A stretch of 64,000 nt of DNA, from IMG/VR virus record IMGVR_UViG_3300046167_000733, positions 1 to 64,000 of that record; one strand, given 5' to 3'. Positions 55,865-64,000 of this stretch are shown in pieces. The notes beneath the pieces are model-generated. The model made no database searches. It was not told the origin of the DNA and worked only from the letters and a program-made list of their open reading frames with translations. Made by a program: the position numbers and the translations under genes. This DNA comes from a virus. The stretch's first letter is position 1, and every line of letters starts with the position of its first letter.

Positions 55865-58274
55865 AATAATCAATAGTTTAAATACTGAACTAAAAAGAAA
55901 GTCTGATAAACTTGCTCAAAGAACTTTGATGCCTAAAGTTAAAAAGATTAAAAATCTTGATGGCGCAATTAGATATGCGTCAGGATTAGATGAGATTCAA
56001 GTTAATACTAATTTCAATGTTCCTACTTTTGGTGGTGCAAACAGATTAATAGGAACTCAACTTGATAGATTAAATATTCAAACACAATCTATAATAGGAA
56101 ATAACACAGACGGAGAAGTTTTTGGTGGATTTGCTAAGTCAATTGGTAATACAGGTGGTGAAGTAGGTCTTGTTAAGTTTGTGAGTACTGCAGGGTTAGA
56201 TAATGTTGTTACTCCAAACTTTAAAGTATATGCTTCTGGCGCACCACAAGCAATTAGTATAGCAAGTAAAGACATAGAGAAAAAGATAAATGCTCAAAAA
56301 GTAGAAATAAATACTTTTCTTGATAGTCTACCTCAAGTGCTTGGAAGACCTTCAGGTGGTTTCCTTGGTTCCATTCTCAAAGTTGCAGGTATAGCAGGAG
56401 GTTTAAATGGTTTGTTACAACAGATATCTCCTCTTGCAAATATATCAAATCAATTAAATAATATCAAAGACCAAGTTTTAGACCAAACAGGAATAAGCGG
56501 TTTTCTTGACCAAGTTAATGGTCTGGCAGATAATGTAACAAACTATGTTAATACTTCTCTAGATGCAGTTTCAACTTCTCTTGGAGAAGCAATCGGTAAT
56601 CCTTTATCAGAATTAGATAATGCTTTAAGTATTAATATTGGAGAAGAAACTTTTAGCACTAACCTTGGTGGATTCGCGAACGATTTATTAGAAAGTGTTA
56701 CTGGAGACCTTCGTTCTCGTACAAACAATTTTATTTCAGGAGCAATACCTGATGTTGAAATAGGAGGATTAGTTAGTGGTATTGTAAGTGATGATATTAC
56801 GGAAAGAGTATCTTCCATTGGTAGGATAACTCAATATGACAATGTAGTAAGAGAAAACCTTACTTTATTTGAACCTTGGAGTGCTGTTGAAAATGCTTCA
56901 TCTCCAAGGGATGCAATTTTTCAGATAGAAACGAACGGTAAGAAGAACGGAGCAAGTGCGGCAAATATTTCTTATGTGCAAGGTTTATATGCATCAATAA
57001 TATCAAAGACCGAAAATAACACTTTCAACGCAGGACTATCTTCTGTTATTGCTATAGGTTCAAGTCCTTTACTTTCTGTCAATCCATTACCCCTTTCAAA
57101 GAAGTTTACATATGTTTCGTCCATAGAAGAACTTGAACTAGAGATATCAAGTAGACTTGTAGTAAGTGCCGCAAGAGATGTAAGTAGTGTTGTTATTCAT
57201 GCAACCGAAACATTCACAAATAAGAATATAGGTGCAGAAGAAATAGATGCAATACAGAAAAAACTAGGTGAAGATGAAGTAGGTTATCACTATGTGATTA
57301 GAAGAGACGGCAGACTTCAACGCGGAAGACCTGTTGAGAAAGAAGGAAGTCATTGTCCCACAGGCAACTATGATAAAACTTCTATAGGTATTGTAATGGT
57401 AGGGGGTATTAATCGTGCCTCTACAGAACAGTCCTTTGAAACCTCTAGTGCTTCATTTACACGCGCACAATATAACACATTAGAACAATTCCTTCAAGTG
57501 TTTTATAATAACTTTTCTGGTGGAGAAGTATTTGGTCATAGTGATATTGAAACAGATGAACTAGACCCTTACTTTGATGTGAGTGAATATATACTATCGT
57601 TATTTGGTAAAATAAATTCTTCATCATTAGGTGTTCCTGAAATTGAAGGTGATTTTGAACCTACTGCTCCTGAAGGTATAACTGAAGAAACAGGAACAAA
57701 TGCTCCAACAACTCGTGTTCAAGTTACTCCCGAAGAATTAAATGTTGCTCCAGACGAAGTTCCAAAGGATGTTGAAGTTGTGGTTGATAATGAATCTACG
57801 TTTAAAGTTATATATGAACCACAAAAGAAAAACTTCAATTTACCTGTTGACCCTGATGCTTTATTAGATGATATACCAGAAAAGTTACAGAAACTTGCGA
57901 ATTATATGAAAAGAGATATAAGAGTTACAAGTGGATATCGTGACGAAGAACATAATAGAAGGGCAGGTGGCGCAAAGTTCTCTCCACATTTATCACGAAA
58001 GGCAGTAGATATAAGTAGAAGTGATAGGGCACCAACAGTAGGAGGATGGAGATACACATCGTCCTTGATGAGTGATGCCCAAGTTGCTGATTTAGTGCAA
58101 AAAGCATCCGAGTTGGGATTTAAAGGTATTGGAATATATGATGGTTATTTGCATCTTGATACTAGGTCAGGAAAAAAATGTTGGGCAACATCCAAAATAT
58201 TGAGAGTTTCTTCTATTCCAAGATTTGCACAGATAGCAACAGTTCTAAGAAATAATGATTGGGATAATGTATGA
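55857..58274 (+). CDS. baseplate-associated protein with N-acetylmuramoyl-L-alanine amidase (T7-lysozyme type) and peptidase M15 domains
   Basis: VVIHAT..GYHYVIRRDG..GRP..SIGI..VGG..GH.D; then TSGYR...N..GG..SPH...AVDI..GIGIY...LHLD.R; GTG start with AGGAG RBS. Confidence 0.82.
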   Translation: MSKIINSLNTELKRKSDKLAQRTLMPKVKKIKNLDGAIRYASGLDEIQVNTNFNVPTFGGANRLIGTQLDRLNIQTQSIIGNNTDGEVFGGFAKSIGNTGGEVGLVKFVSTAGLDNVVTPNFKVYASGAPQAISIASKDIEKKINAQKVEINTFLDSLPQVLGRPSGGFLGSILKVAGIAGGLNGLLQQISPLANISNQLNNIKDQVLDQTGISGFLDQVNGLADNVTNYVNTSLDAVSTSLGEAIGNPLSELDNALSINIGEETFSTNLGGFANDLLESVTGDLRSRTNNFISGAIPDVEIGGLVSGIVSDDITERVSSIGRITQYDNVVRENLTLFEPWSAVENASSPRDAIFQIETNGKKNGASAANISYVQGLYASIISKTENNTFNAGLSSVIAIGSSPLLSVNPLPLSKKFTYVSSIEELELEISSRLVVSAARDVSSVVIHATETFTNKNIGAEEIDAIQKKLGEDEVGYHYVIRRDGRLQRGRPVEKEGSHCPTGNYDKTSIGIVMVGGINRASTEQSFETSSASFTRAQYNTLEQFLQVFYNNFSGGEVFGHSDIETDELDPYFDVSEYILSLFGKINSSSLGVPEIEGDFEPTAPEGITEETGTNAPTTRVQVTPEELNVAPDEVPKDVEVVVDNESTFKVIYEPQKKNFNLPVDPDALLDDIPEKLQKLANYMKRDIRVTSGYRDEEHNRRAGGAKFSPHLSRKAVDISRSDRAPTVGGWRYTSSLMSDAQVADLVQKASELGFKGIGIYDGYLHLDTRSGKKCWATSKILRVSSIPRFAQIATVLRNNDWDNV

Positions 58275-59959
58275 CAACTAAAAATGACAATTATAAAGCA
58301 AGAACAGAGAAAGAAGGTTTAGGTCTTGGTTCTGAACTATCTGTCGGTGTCCCTGATAATGGAATGCAGAATGCTTCGGGCGATTATCCTAAGAGAGAAT
58401 ATAATTTTGGTTCTTCGGTTAACAAAGCAACAGTTGGAACCAAGGTAAACAAACTCTATACAGGTGGTGGTGAGATTGGTGTTCCATTGAACATACCAGA
58501 ACAGATGCCTTCTCAGTATCCATTCAATCAAGTAGATGAAACTCCAAGTGGACATGTCATTGAGATGGACGATACTCCAGGAGGAGAAAGAGTTCTTATT
58601 AAACATCGTAAAGGTTCGGGCGTAGAGTTACGCGCAGACGGTACGGTTGTAATATCTGCATTGAATAATAAGGTTGAGGTGACAGGGGGAGACCAAACTG
58701 TTATTATTGAAGGTCATGGTAATCTTGTGTATAACGGAAACCTTAATCTCAAAGTAAGTGGTGACTATAATGTTGAGGTTGGCGGTAACTATAATGTAGA
58801 TGTTGCAGGTTATTCTCAAAAGACAATCGGAAGTTTCTATTCCAAAGCGGTTATAGGAGATGTCGCGCAAAAATATATGGGAACTAAAACAGAAAAGATT
58901 CTAGGTAATAGTCTCACTCTTAGATTAGGTGACGATGACTATGTTGTTAAAGGAACAAGGAATGATGTTACTGATGGTAATCATGAAATTTCATCTGGTG
59001 AAAACTTACTCATTTCTGGAGAAAAAACTGCAGAGATGATAAGTAGAAAAACTTCTATTACAGGGTCAGATAGAATAAATGTTCAAGGGTCAGAAGGTAT
59101 AATTGGTGGTGCGTTCGTTAGGTTTACAGGACAAACTTACTCAGGTGCACTCAAGAAAAGAGTTTACGGTGGTGGAGATAATTATGTTACAGGAGGAACA
59201 CCAAGTGTTGATTCAGATGGTAGTGGAAACATATCAATCTCTGGCATTGACAGTGGTTCTTCAGGTGTTTTATCTTCAAGTGATTCTGATGGTGCAGGTA
59301 ATCTTGCAACAACATATTCTTCAGGAGATGACTTTGCTTCAAGTTCGGATTATGAAACTGCTATATTTCACGGAAGTCTTCACGGTGTTGCAAAGAAAGC
59401 ACAAATGGCAGACAATGCAAATAAATCTATTATGGCAACAGTATCAATGAATGCGGTTTCTTTAAATCCATTATTTGCAATTGGTGGTTTGAAAGCATTA
59501 CCAAAAAGTTCTTTATTATCCAACTTCAACTTAGAAGCAGAAGATGTTCTTCATACAACTGTTGAACCCGACAATATTGCTAAAGTTGCACTAGGTAAAA
59601 TACCTCAAAATAATGAAACAAGCGCACATCTAAAAATTCAACCCATACAAGCAGTAAGTATTGACCCTGATGACTATGTACGAGACCTTAGTTATGGTAA
59701 AGAACATTACAATCAGACATTCTTAAAAACACCTAGAACTGCAGAAATAAGAAGTGCGTTCAGAAATAAAGAGACAAGAGAGGATGGTATTTTAGGTGCT
59801 ACTCTTGTTGCGGAAGGACTGTTAAATCGGAACTATAATTCTAAGGTTCCAAGTGCGAAATTAAGTGGAAGGGTTGTTGGTAAAGAAGCAAGTTCAAAAT
59901 ATGGTTATACACCGATAGGTAATTCTATAGAGAATAGAGGAAAAAGGTTTAGAAAATGA
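58271..59959 (+). CDS. gp5 C-terminal part (spike beta-helix)
   Basis: YP.NQV.ETPSGHVIE.DDTPG.ER..I.H..G, V.GD/V.GN repeats. Confidence 0.82.
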   Translation: MTTKNDNYKARTEKEGLGLGSELSVGVPDNGMQNASGDYPKREYNFGSSVNKATVGTKVNKLYTGGGEIGVPLNIPEQMPSQYPFNQVDETPSGHVIEMDDTPGGERVLIKHRKGSGVELRADGTVVISALNNKVEVTGGDQTVIIEGHGNLVYNGNLNLKVSGDYNVEVGGNYNVDVAGYSQKTIGSFYSKAVIGDVAQKYMGTKTEKILGNSLTLRLGDDDYVVKGTRNDVTDGNHEISSGENLLISGEKTAEMISRKTSITGSDRINVQGSEGIIGGAFVRFTGQTYSGALKKRVYGGGDNYVTGGTPSVDSDGSGNISISGIDSGSSGVLSSSDSDGAGNLATTYSSGDDFASSSDYETAIFHGSLHGVAKKAQMADNANKSIMATVSMNAVSLNPLFAIGGLKALPKSSLLSNFNLEAEDVLHTTVEPDNIAKVALGKIPQNNETSAHLKIQPIQAVSIDPDDYVRDLSYGKEHYNQTFLKTPRTAEIRSAFRNKETREDGILGATLVAEGLLNRNYNSKVPSAKLSGRVVGKEASSKYGYTPIGNSIENRGKRFRK

Positions 59960-60558
59960 ATGTACTCCCTGACCCAAAATATAATCCTGACTTACACGGT
60001 TTTGTAACTTCGAAAACAAGACTTGAACGTGGGATAACTATGGCAAAATTCTTAGGTGCATATGGAGACAAAACATCTTTGAATCATATAACAAATGAAT
60101 CTGTACGCAAACGGATTGCTCGTAACCTAACTTTACATGCAAGAGCAATAAATATGGTGAACGGTAATACCAATAGATTTAATGATGTAAGAATTATTGT
60201 AAGTGAAGGAATCTATAATAGACAAGCACTCTCAGATTTTGGTAGTTATGCGATGATAGAAAAAGCATTTGGAGAACTTGTATATTATCAAGTCATAGAT
60301 ACTGATGGTAAGATTGACTTTGAGAAAACATTTGATGTTGCAGAGTATTGGAAAGACCATATAAAATTTAGGGAACTTGTATTAGATTATGATGAGTATA
60401 ATACAGACGGAAGTTTAACAGCACAGATTGGATTGACAATGCCAATTGTTCCAACCTCATATGATATCATTGATTCTGAGTTTAAACAAAACATAAATAC
60501 AGTGTTTAATAATAATATTTTTACTAAAAACGAACTTACTGAAATAATTCCAAGATAA
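59956..60558 (+). CDS. hypothetical baseplate-region protein
   Basis: ATGA-coupled ORF; IIVSEG.Y and ELVLDY weakly resemble a degenerate M15-like fold. Confidence 0.6.
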   Translation: MNVLPDPKYNPDLHGFVTSKTRLERGITMAKFLGAYGDKTSLNHITNESVRKRIARNLTLHARAINMVNGNTNRFNDVRIIVSEGIYNRQALSDFGSYAMIEKAFGELVYYQVIDTDGKIDFEKTFDVAEYWKDHIKFRELVLDYDEYNTDGSLTAQIGLTMPIVPTSYDIIDSEFKQNINTVFNNNIFTKNELTEIIPR

Positions 60559-60572
60559 ACCAATTAAAAACA

Positions 60573-60580
60573 TATAAATA
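60573..60580 (+). promoter_or_regulatory. T4-type late promoter
   Basis: TATAAATA before the gp25 ATG. Confidence 0.75.
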
Positions 60581-60585
60581 GAACT

Positions 60586-61035
60586 ATGACAAGAAGAGCA
60601 TACTCACAAGAAGACGCAAACTTAGGAACTAACTCAGTTCCTATAGCACGAAAGCGTGAATATAAGGATATAGACCTGACACTCGCGGTCAAACCAACGA
60701 GTGGTGATATCTATAAGAAACTTGATGCGGCGGCAGTTAAGCAATCAGTAAAAAATCTTATCATGACGAACCAACTTGAAAAACCATTTAAACCTAGATT
60801 TGGTGCTAATATAAGAAATTTACTTTTTGAATTGATTGATAATAATTCAGATGCATTAGTTAAGAAAAGACTTTTTTCTGCAATAACAAGGTCTGAACCA
60901 AGAGTAAGAGTATTAGATATCCGAGTATCCTATACTGATAACTATAGCAATACTTTGGATACAACAATAACATTTAAAGTTTTGAACTCACCAGAGGTGT
61001 TTCAAATAACTACAAATCTCGCAAGGTTAAGATAA
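60586..61035 (+). CDS. gp25: baseplate wedge subunit gp25
   Basis: YKDIDL, AVKQSVKNLI.T...EKPF.P.FG..I..LLFE, EPRV. Confidence 0.92.
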   Translation: MTRRAYSQEDANLGTNSVPIARKREYKDIDLTLAVKPTSGDIYKKLDAAAVKQSVKNLIMTNQLEKPFKPRFGANIRNLLFELIDNNSDALVKKRLFSAITRSEPRVRVLDIRVSYTDNYSNTLDTTITFKVLNSPEVFQITTNLARLR

Positions 61036-61036
61036 A

Positions 61037-62863
61037 ATGGCAACAACAATAAATTCAACAGACTTAGATTTTGATTCAATAAAAAATAATCTTAAGACTT
61101 CTCTTCAAAATTCTGGAGAGTTCAATGATTATAACTTTGAAGCATCGGGTCTGTCAAGTATATTAGATGTACTTGCATACAACACACACTATAATGGTCT
61201 TATCGCAAACTTTGCATTAAACGAATCCTTCTTGAGTACTGCACAACTTAGAAGTTCTGTACTTTCTCTTGCAGAAGGTATCGGATATGTTCCGAGTTCA
61301 AGAACTTCACCTCAAGCACTCGTAAACCTATCATTAAATTTGAGTGGAGTATCAGGTAGACCTTCAACCATTCAAATAAACGATGGGTTTAAATTTAATT
61401 CAAGTGTTGATGAGATAAACTATGTGTTTCAAACACGAGAAGATTTAACTGCAACTGATGATGGTAATGGAATATATTCTTTCAAAGATGTATCAGGAAG
61501 TGCTGATATAAAAATACTTGAAGGTACACTAAGAACTAAAACTTTCCTTGCATTGAAATCATTAGACAATCCTATATATGTCATACCCGATAAGAACCTA
61601 GACATATCAACTACTATAGTGAGGGTTTTTGAATCACCGTCCTCTTCTTCCTTTGTTACATATGGTAACTTACAGAACGCAAGAACAATAAACGAAAACT
61701 CTACATTGTATATATTAAGAGAAGCACCAAATGGTTTTTATGAATTATCTTTTGGTAATGGTGTTACATTAGGTAAAGCACCTTCTGTTGGTAGTAAGAT
61801 AGAAGTAGAATATCTTTCTAGTGCAGGAACACTTGCAAATACTGCAAAGATATTCTCACCACAAAACTCAATAACAATAAACTCTGTGAACTATCCTGTA
61901 ACGACATCTACTGTATCAAATGCTATTGGTGGTAATGCAAAAGAAACTATAGAGAGTATTCGTAAAAATGCCCCATTCCAATATGCATCACAGAACAGAA
62001 TGGTAACTGCAAGTGACTATGCTTCATTGATACTTAAGAACTATTCTACTTTCATAAGTGATATACAATCCTTTGGTGGAGAAGATGCTCTTGAACCAGA
62101 ATATGGTACAGTATTTGTTTCAATACTTTTCAATGATGATGTTGATGCCGCAACGCAACAAAATATAAAAGACGAGATACTACAATTATCAGACGAGTTG
62201 TCGGTAGCATCATTCAGTACTAAGTTTGAAGACCCTATCACAACATTCGTTGAAGCGCAAACATTCTTTCAATTCAATGATAACCTTACTACACTCGCAA
62301 GAAACACAATACAGAATGATGTAAATAGTGTTATCACAACTTACTTTACAAACAACACAGGTAAGTTTAATCAGTCATTCAGAAGGTCAAATTTATTATC
62401 ATTAGTAGATGCTACAAGTTCTGCAGTATTATCTTCAAGACAAGATGTAAAATTACAAAGAAGGTTTACACCAACTTTGACTGCAGTACAAGACCATAAG
62501 TTAAGATATGCCGCACCCCTTGCAACACCCGATGATATTCACTACAGAGTTACAAGTGACCAATTTACTTTTGGTGGTAATGCATGTATATTGAGAAACA
62601 AATTAAACACAAACAAACTAGAAGTGTTTGATACGGCACAAAATGTTGTTGTAGTAGATAATGTTGGAGATTACTCTGGAGACACTATCAATATAATAGG
62701 TCTAAGAGTTGATGCAATATTAGGTGGAAATGGTTTCGTTAAATTAAGTGCAACTCCTGCAAACCAGAGTGCTATTGCTCCACTAAGACAAGATGTTATT
62801 AGACTTGACGGAGATAAGTCATTCACTTCAATCGTTGATGTAGCAGATGGGGTTATTAGTTAA
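61037..62863 (+). CDS. gp6: baseplate wedge subunit gp6
   Basis: LDFD.IK.NLK, F.DY.FE.SGLS.ILDVLAYNTHY, ESFL.TAQLRSS, FG.G..G, QNR.VTA.DY. Confidence 0.93.
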   Translation: MATTINSTDLDFDSIKNNLKTSLQNSGEFNDYNFEASGLSSILDVLAYNTHYNGLIANFALNESFLSTAQLRSSVLSLAEGIGYVPSSRTSPQALVNLSLNLSGVSGRPSTIQINDGFKFNSSVDEINYVFQTREDLTATDDGNGIYSFKDVSGSADIKILEGTLRTKTFLALKSLDNPIYVIPDKNLDISTTIVRVFESPSSSSFVTYGNLQNARTINENSTLYILREAPNGFYELSFGNGVTLGKAPSVGSKIEVEYLSSAGTLANTAKIFSPQNSITINSVNYPVTTSTVSNAIGGNAKETIESIRKNAPFQYASQNRMVTASDYASLILKNYSTFISDIQSFGGEDALEPEYGTVFVSILFNDDVDAATQQNIKDEILQLSDELSVASFSTKFEDPITTFVEAQTFFQFNDNLTTLARNTIQNDVNSVITTYFTNNTGKFNQSFRRSNLLSLVDATSSAVLSSRQDVKLQRRFTPTLTAVQDHKLRYAAPLATPDDIHYRVTSDQFTFGGNACILRNKLNTNKLEVFDTAQNVVVVDNVGDYSGDTINIIGLRVDAILGGNGFVKLSATPANQSAIAPLRQDVIRLDGDKSFTSIVDVADGVIS

Positions 62864-63843
62864 TGCCTCACAATAACGATAATACTCTCAAGGATTTAAA
62901 CCGACGTAACCTTGCGTTCGGTAAGTATTCTGTAAAGGAAATTCTTCCAGAATTTTTCCGTACAGAGTATCCTAAACTAATTACATTACTTGATGAGTAT
63001 TATCATTTTGAGAAGTCAGGTGATTCTCCTTCTAAACTTGTCGATGAACTCTTTCTCAGTAGAGATATAACACAGAATGACCTTGACTTACTTACCTTTA
63101 TTGAAGATGAGTTATTGTTAGGTCAGTCTTTCTTTGAGGGTTTCCAAGATAAACGCGCGGCATCAAAATACTCTAATGTATTGTTTAGGTCAAAAGGCAC
63201 AAAGTATTCTATACAACAATTCTTCAGAACATTCTTTGGTATAGACCCCGATATTGTATATACAAAGACTCAAGTATTCAATGTAGGTGATGATATTGGT
63301 GCTGAGAGTCAGAAGTTTATTACTGACAACAAGTTGTATCAGAAACACGCAATACTTATCAGGTCAGAACTTGAGCAGAATACATGGAAAGATGCTTACA
63401 AACTCTTTGTTCACCCTGCAGGAACATTCTTAGGTTCAGAGATACAAATAGTCAGTAGTGTTGTTGATACAGTTATTGCTCCAAATGTTATTATCCAAGA
63501 ACCCGCACCAATCGCGGTATCAAGTGTTGCTAATCTATCACCACTCGCGTTTATTGACCACACATCACTTGTAAATGATTTCAATACTGACTCTTCAGGA
63601 ATACTCAGTAGGATAAGACCAGAACTTGCTAATCCAAGTGAGTTCTCAACGTTCACATTACAAGAGATAAATAATCAGTATGGAAGTTTGCGTGAAGCAC
63701 AGATTGCATCATCACCAACCTTTGATGATTCAGACCAAGACTTCTCAAACAACTTCTCATTCGAAACACTAGACCAAGGAAGACATGTATTTTATAGTTC
63801 AGACTCTGACCAATATTTATTAAATCTTGGACATCTCGGTTAA
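62863..63843 (+). CDS. baseplate wedge protein (gp7-like)
   Basis: P.F...YP....L..YY, SKGT..SI..FFR..F, I.D...YQ, FVHPAG. Confidence 0.75.
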   Translation: MPHNNDNTLKDLNRRNLAFGKYSVKEILPEFFRTEYPKLITLLDEYYHFEKSGDSPSKLVDELFLSRDITQNDLDLLTFIEDELLLGQSFFEGFQDKRAASKYSNVLFRSKGTKYSIQQFFRTFFGIDPDIVYTKTQVFNVGDDIGAESQKFITDNKLYQKHAILIRSELEQNTWKDAYKLFVHPAGTFLGSEIQIVSSVVDTVIAPNVIIQEPAPIAVSSVANLSPLAFIDHTSLVNDFNTDSSGILSRIRPELANPSEFSTFTLQEINNQYGSLREAQIASSPTFDDSDQDFSNNFSFETLDQGRHVFYSSDSDQYLLNLGHLG

Positions 63844-63850
63844 AAAAGTA

Positions 63851-63858
63851 TATAAATA
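63851..63858 (+). promoter_or_regulatory. T4-type late promoter
   Basis: Intergenic TATAAATA. Confidence 0.75.
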
Positions 63859-63882
63859 GAATAAAGAATTAGGATAATATAA

Positions 63883-64000
63883 ATGGCAAAACAAACATTA
63901 AATAAGGGAAGTTCTGCGAACGACGGTACAGGTGATACACTTCGTGCAGGTGCGCAAAAGATTAATGAGAACTTCACTGAACTCTATGGTATATTAGGAG
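63883..64000 (+). CDS. gp9/gp10-like baseplate or fibre protein, N-terminus (runs off the window)
   Basis: MAKQ.LN.G..ANDGTGDTLR.GA.KIN.NF.ELY. Confidence 0.8.
   Translation, partial: MAKQTLNKGSSANDGTGDTLRAGAQKINENFTELYGILG

Noticed and set aside
1-64000. CRISPR array, DGR/retron reverse transcriptase, integrase or IS element
   Set aside because: No regularly spaced repeats and no YxDD RT, tyrosine/serine recombinase or transposase motifs were seen by eye; weak or degenerate repeats could have been missed.

Overview
This 64 kb window comes from a large, AT-rich T4-like myovirus (Tevenvirinae/Kyanoviridae-like architecture) that most likely infects a marine Gram-negative host. It has no CRISPR array, transposon, rRNA or tRNA. 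Layout: (1) 1-2.1 kb, small early genes, including an array of tiny membrane-peptide ORFs. (2) 2.15-2.53 kb, a circularly permuted (two-piece, alphaproteobacterial-type) tmRNA gene behind a T4 late promoter. (3) 3.0-8.4 kb, a late operon of two small membrane proteins, CsgF, CsgG, a secreted curlin-like beta-solenoid, a FecR-domain protein and a CHASE2 class III adenylate cyclase. This looks like a phage-encoded trans-envelope secretion/signalling system and is the top candidate for a novel system. (4) 8.4-13 kb, early genes: DUF932, an ABC-ATPase/GNAT fusion, a peroxiredoxin fold lacking the peroxidatic Cys, a peptidase-KdsB fusion and an exonuclease. (5) 13-24.8 kb, a late cluster whose products carry T4-type capsid-targeting N-termini and xxE processing sites: a nuclease, a ligase-fold protein, a HIGH nucleotidyltransferase and a modular polyprotein. 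(6) nrdA (fused to glutaredoxin), nrdB, a GIY-YIG nuclease, phoH, an M15 endolysin and a HAD nucleotidase. (7) 32.7-40.3 kb, a glycosylation island. (8) Early genes, a pyrimidine-dimer glycosylase, gp33 and gp32. (9) 47-64 kb, the baseplate/tail module (gp29-like, gp51, gp26, gp54, gp2, gp4, gp48, gp53, gp27-like, a gp5 split into three genes, gp25, gp6, gp7-like, start of gp9/10-like), with a candidate programmed -1 frameshift between gp26 and gp51. About 20 genes are broken by apparent single-base insertions, which I read as long-read assembly errors rather than biology. All family assignments come from recognising motifs by eye, not from database searches.
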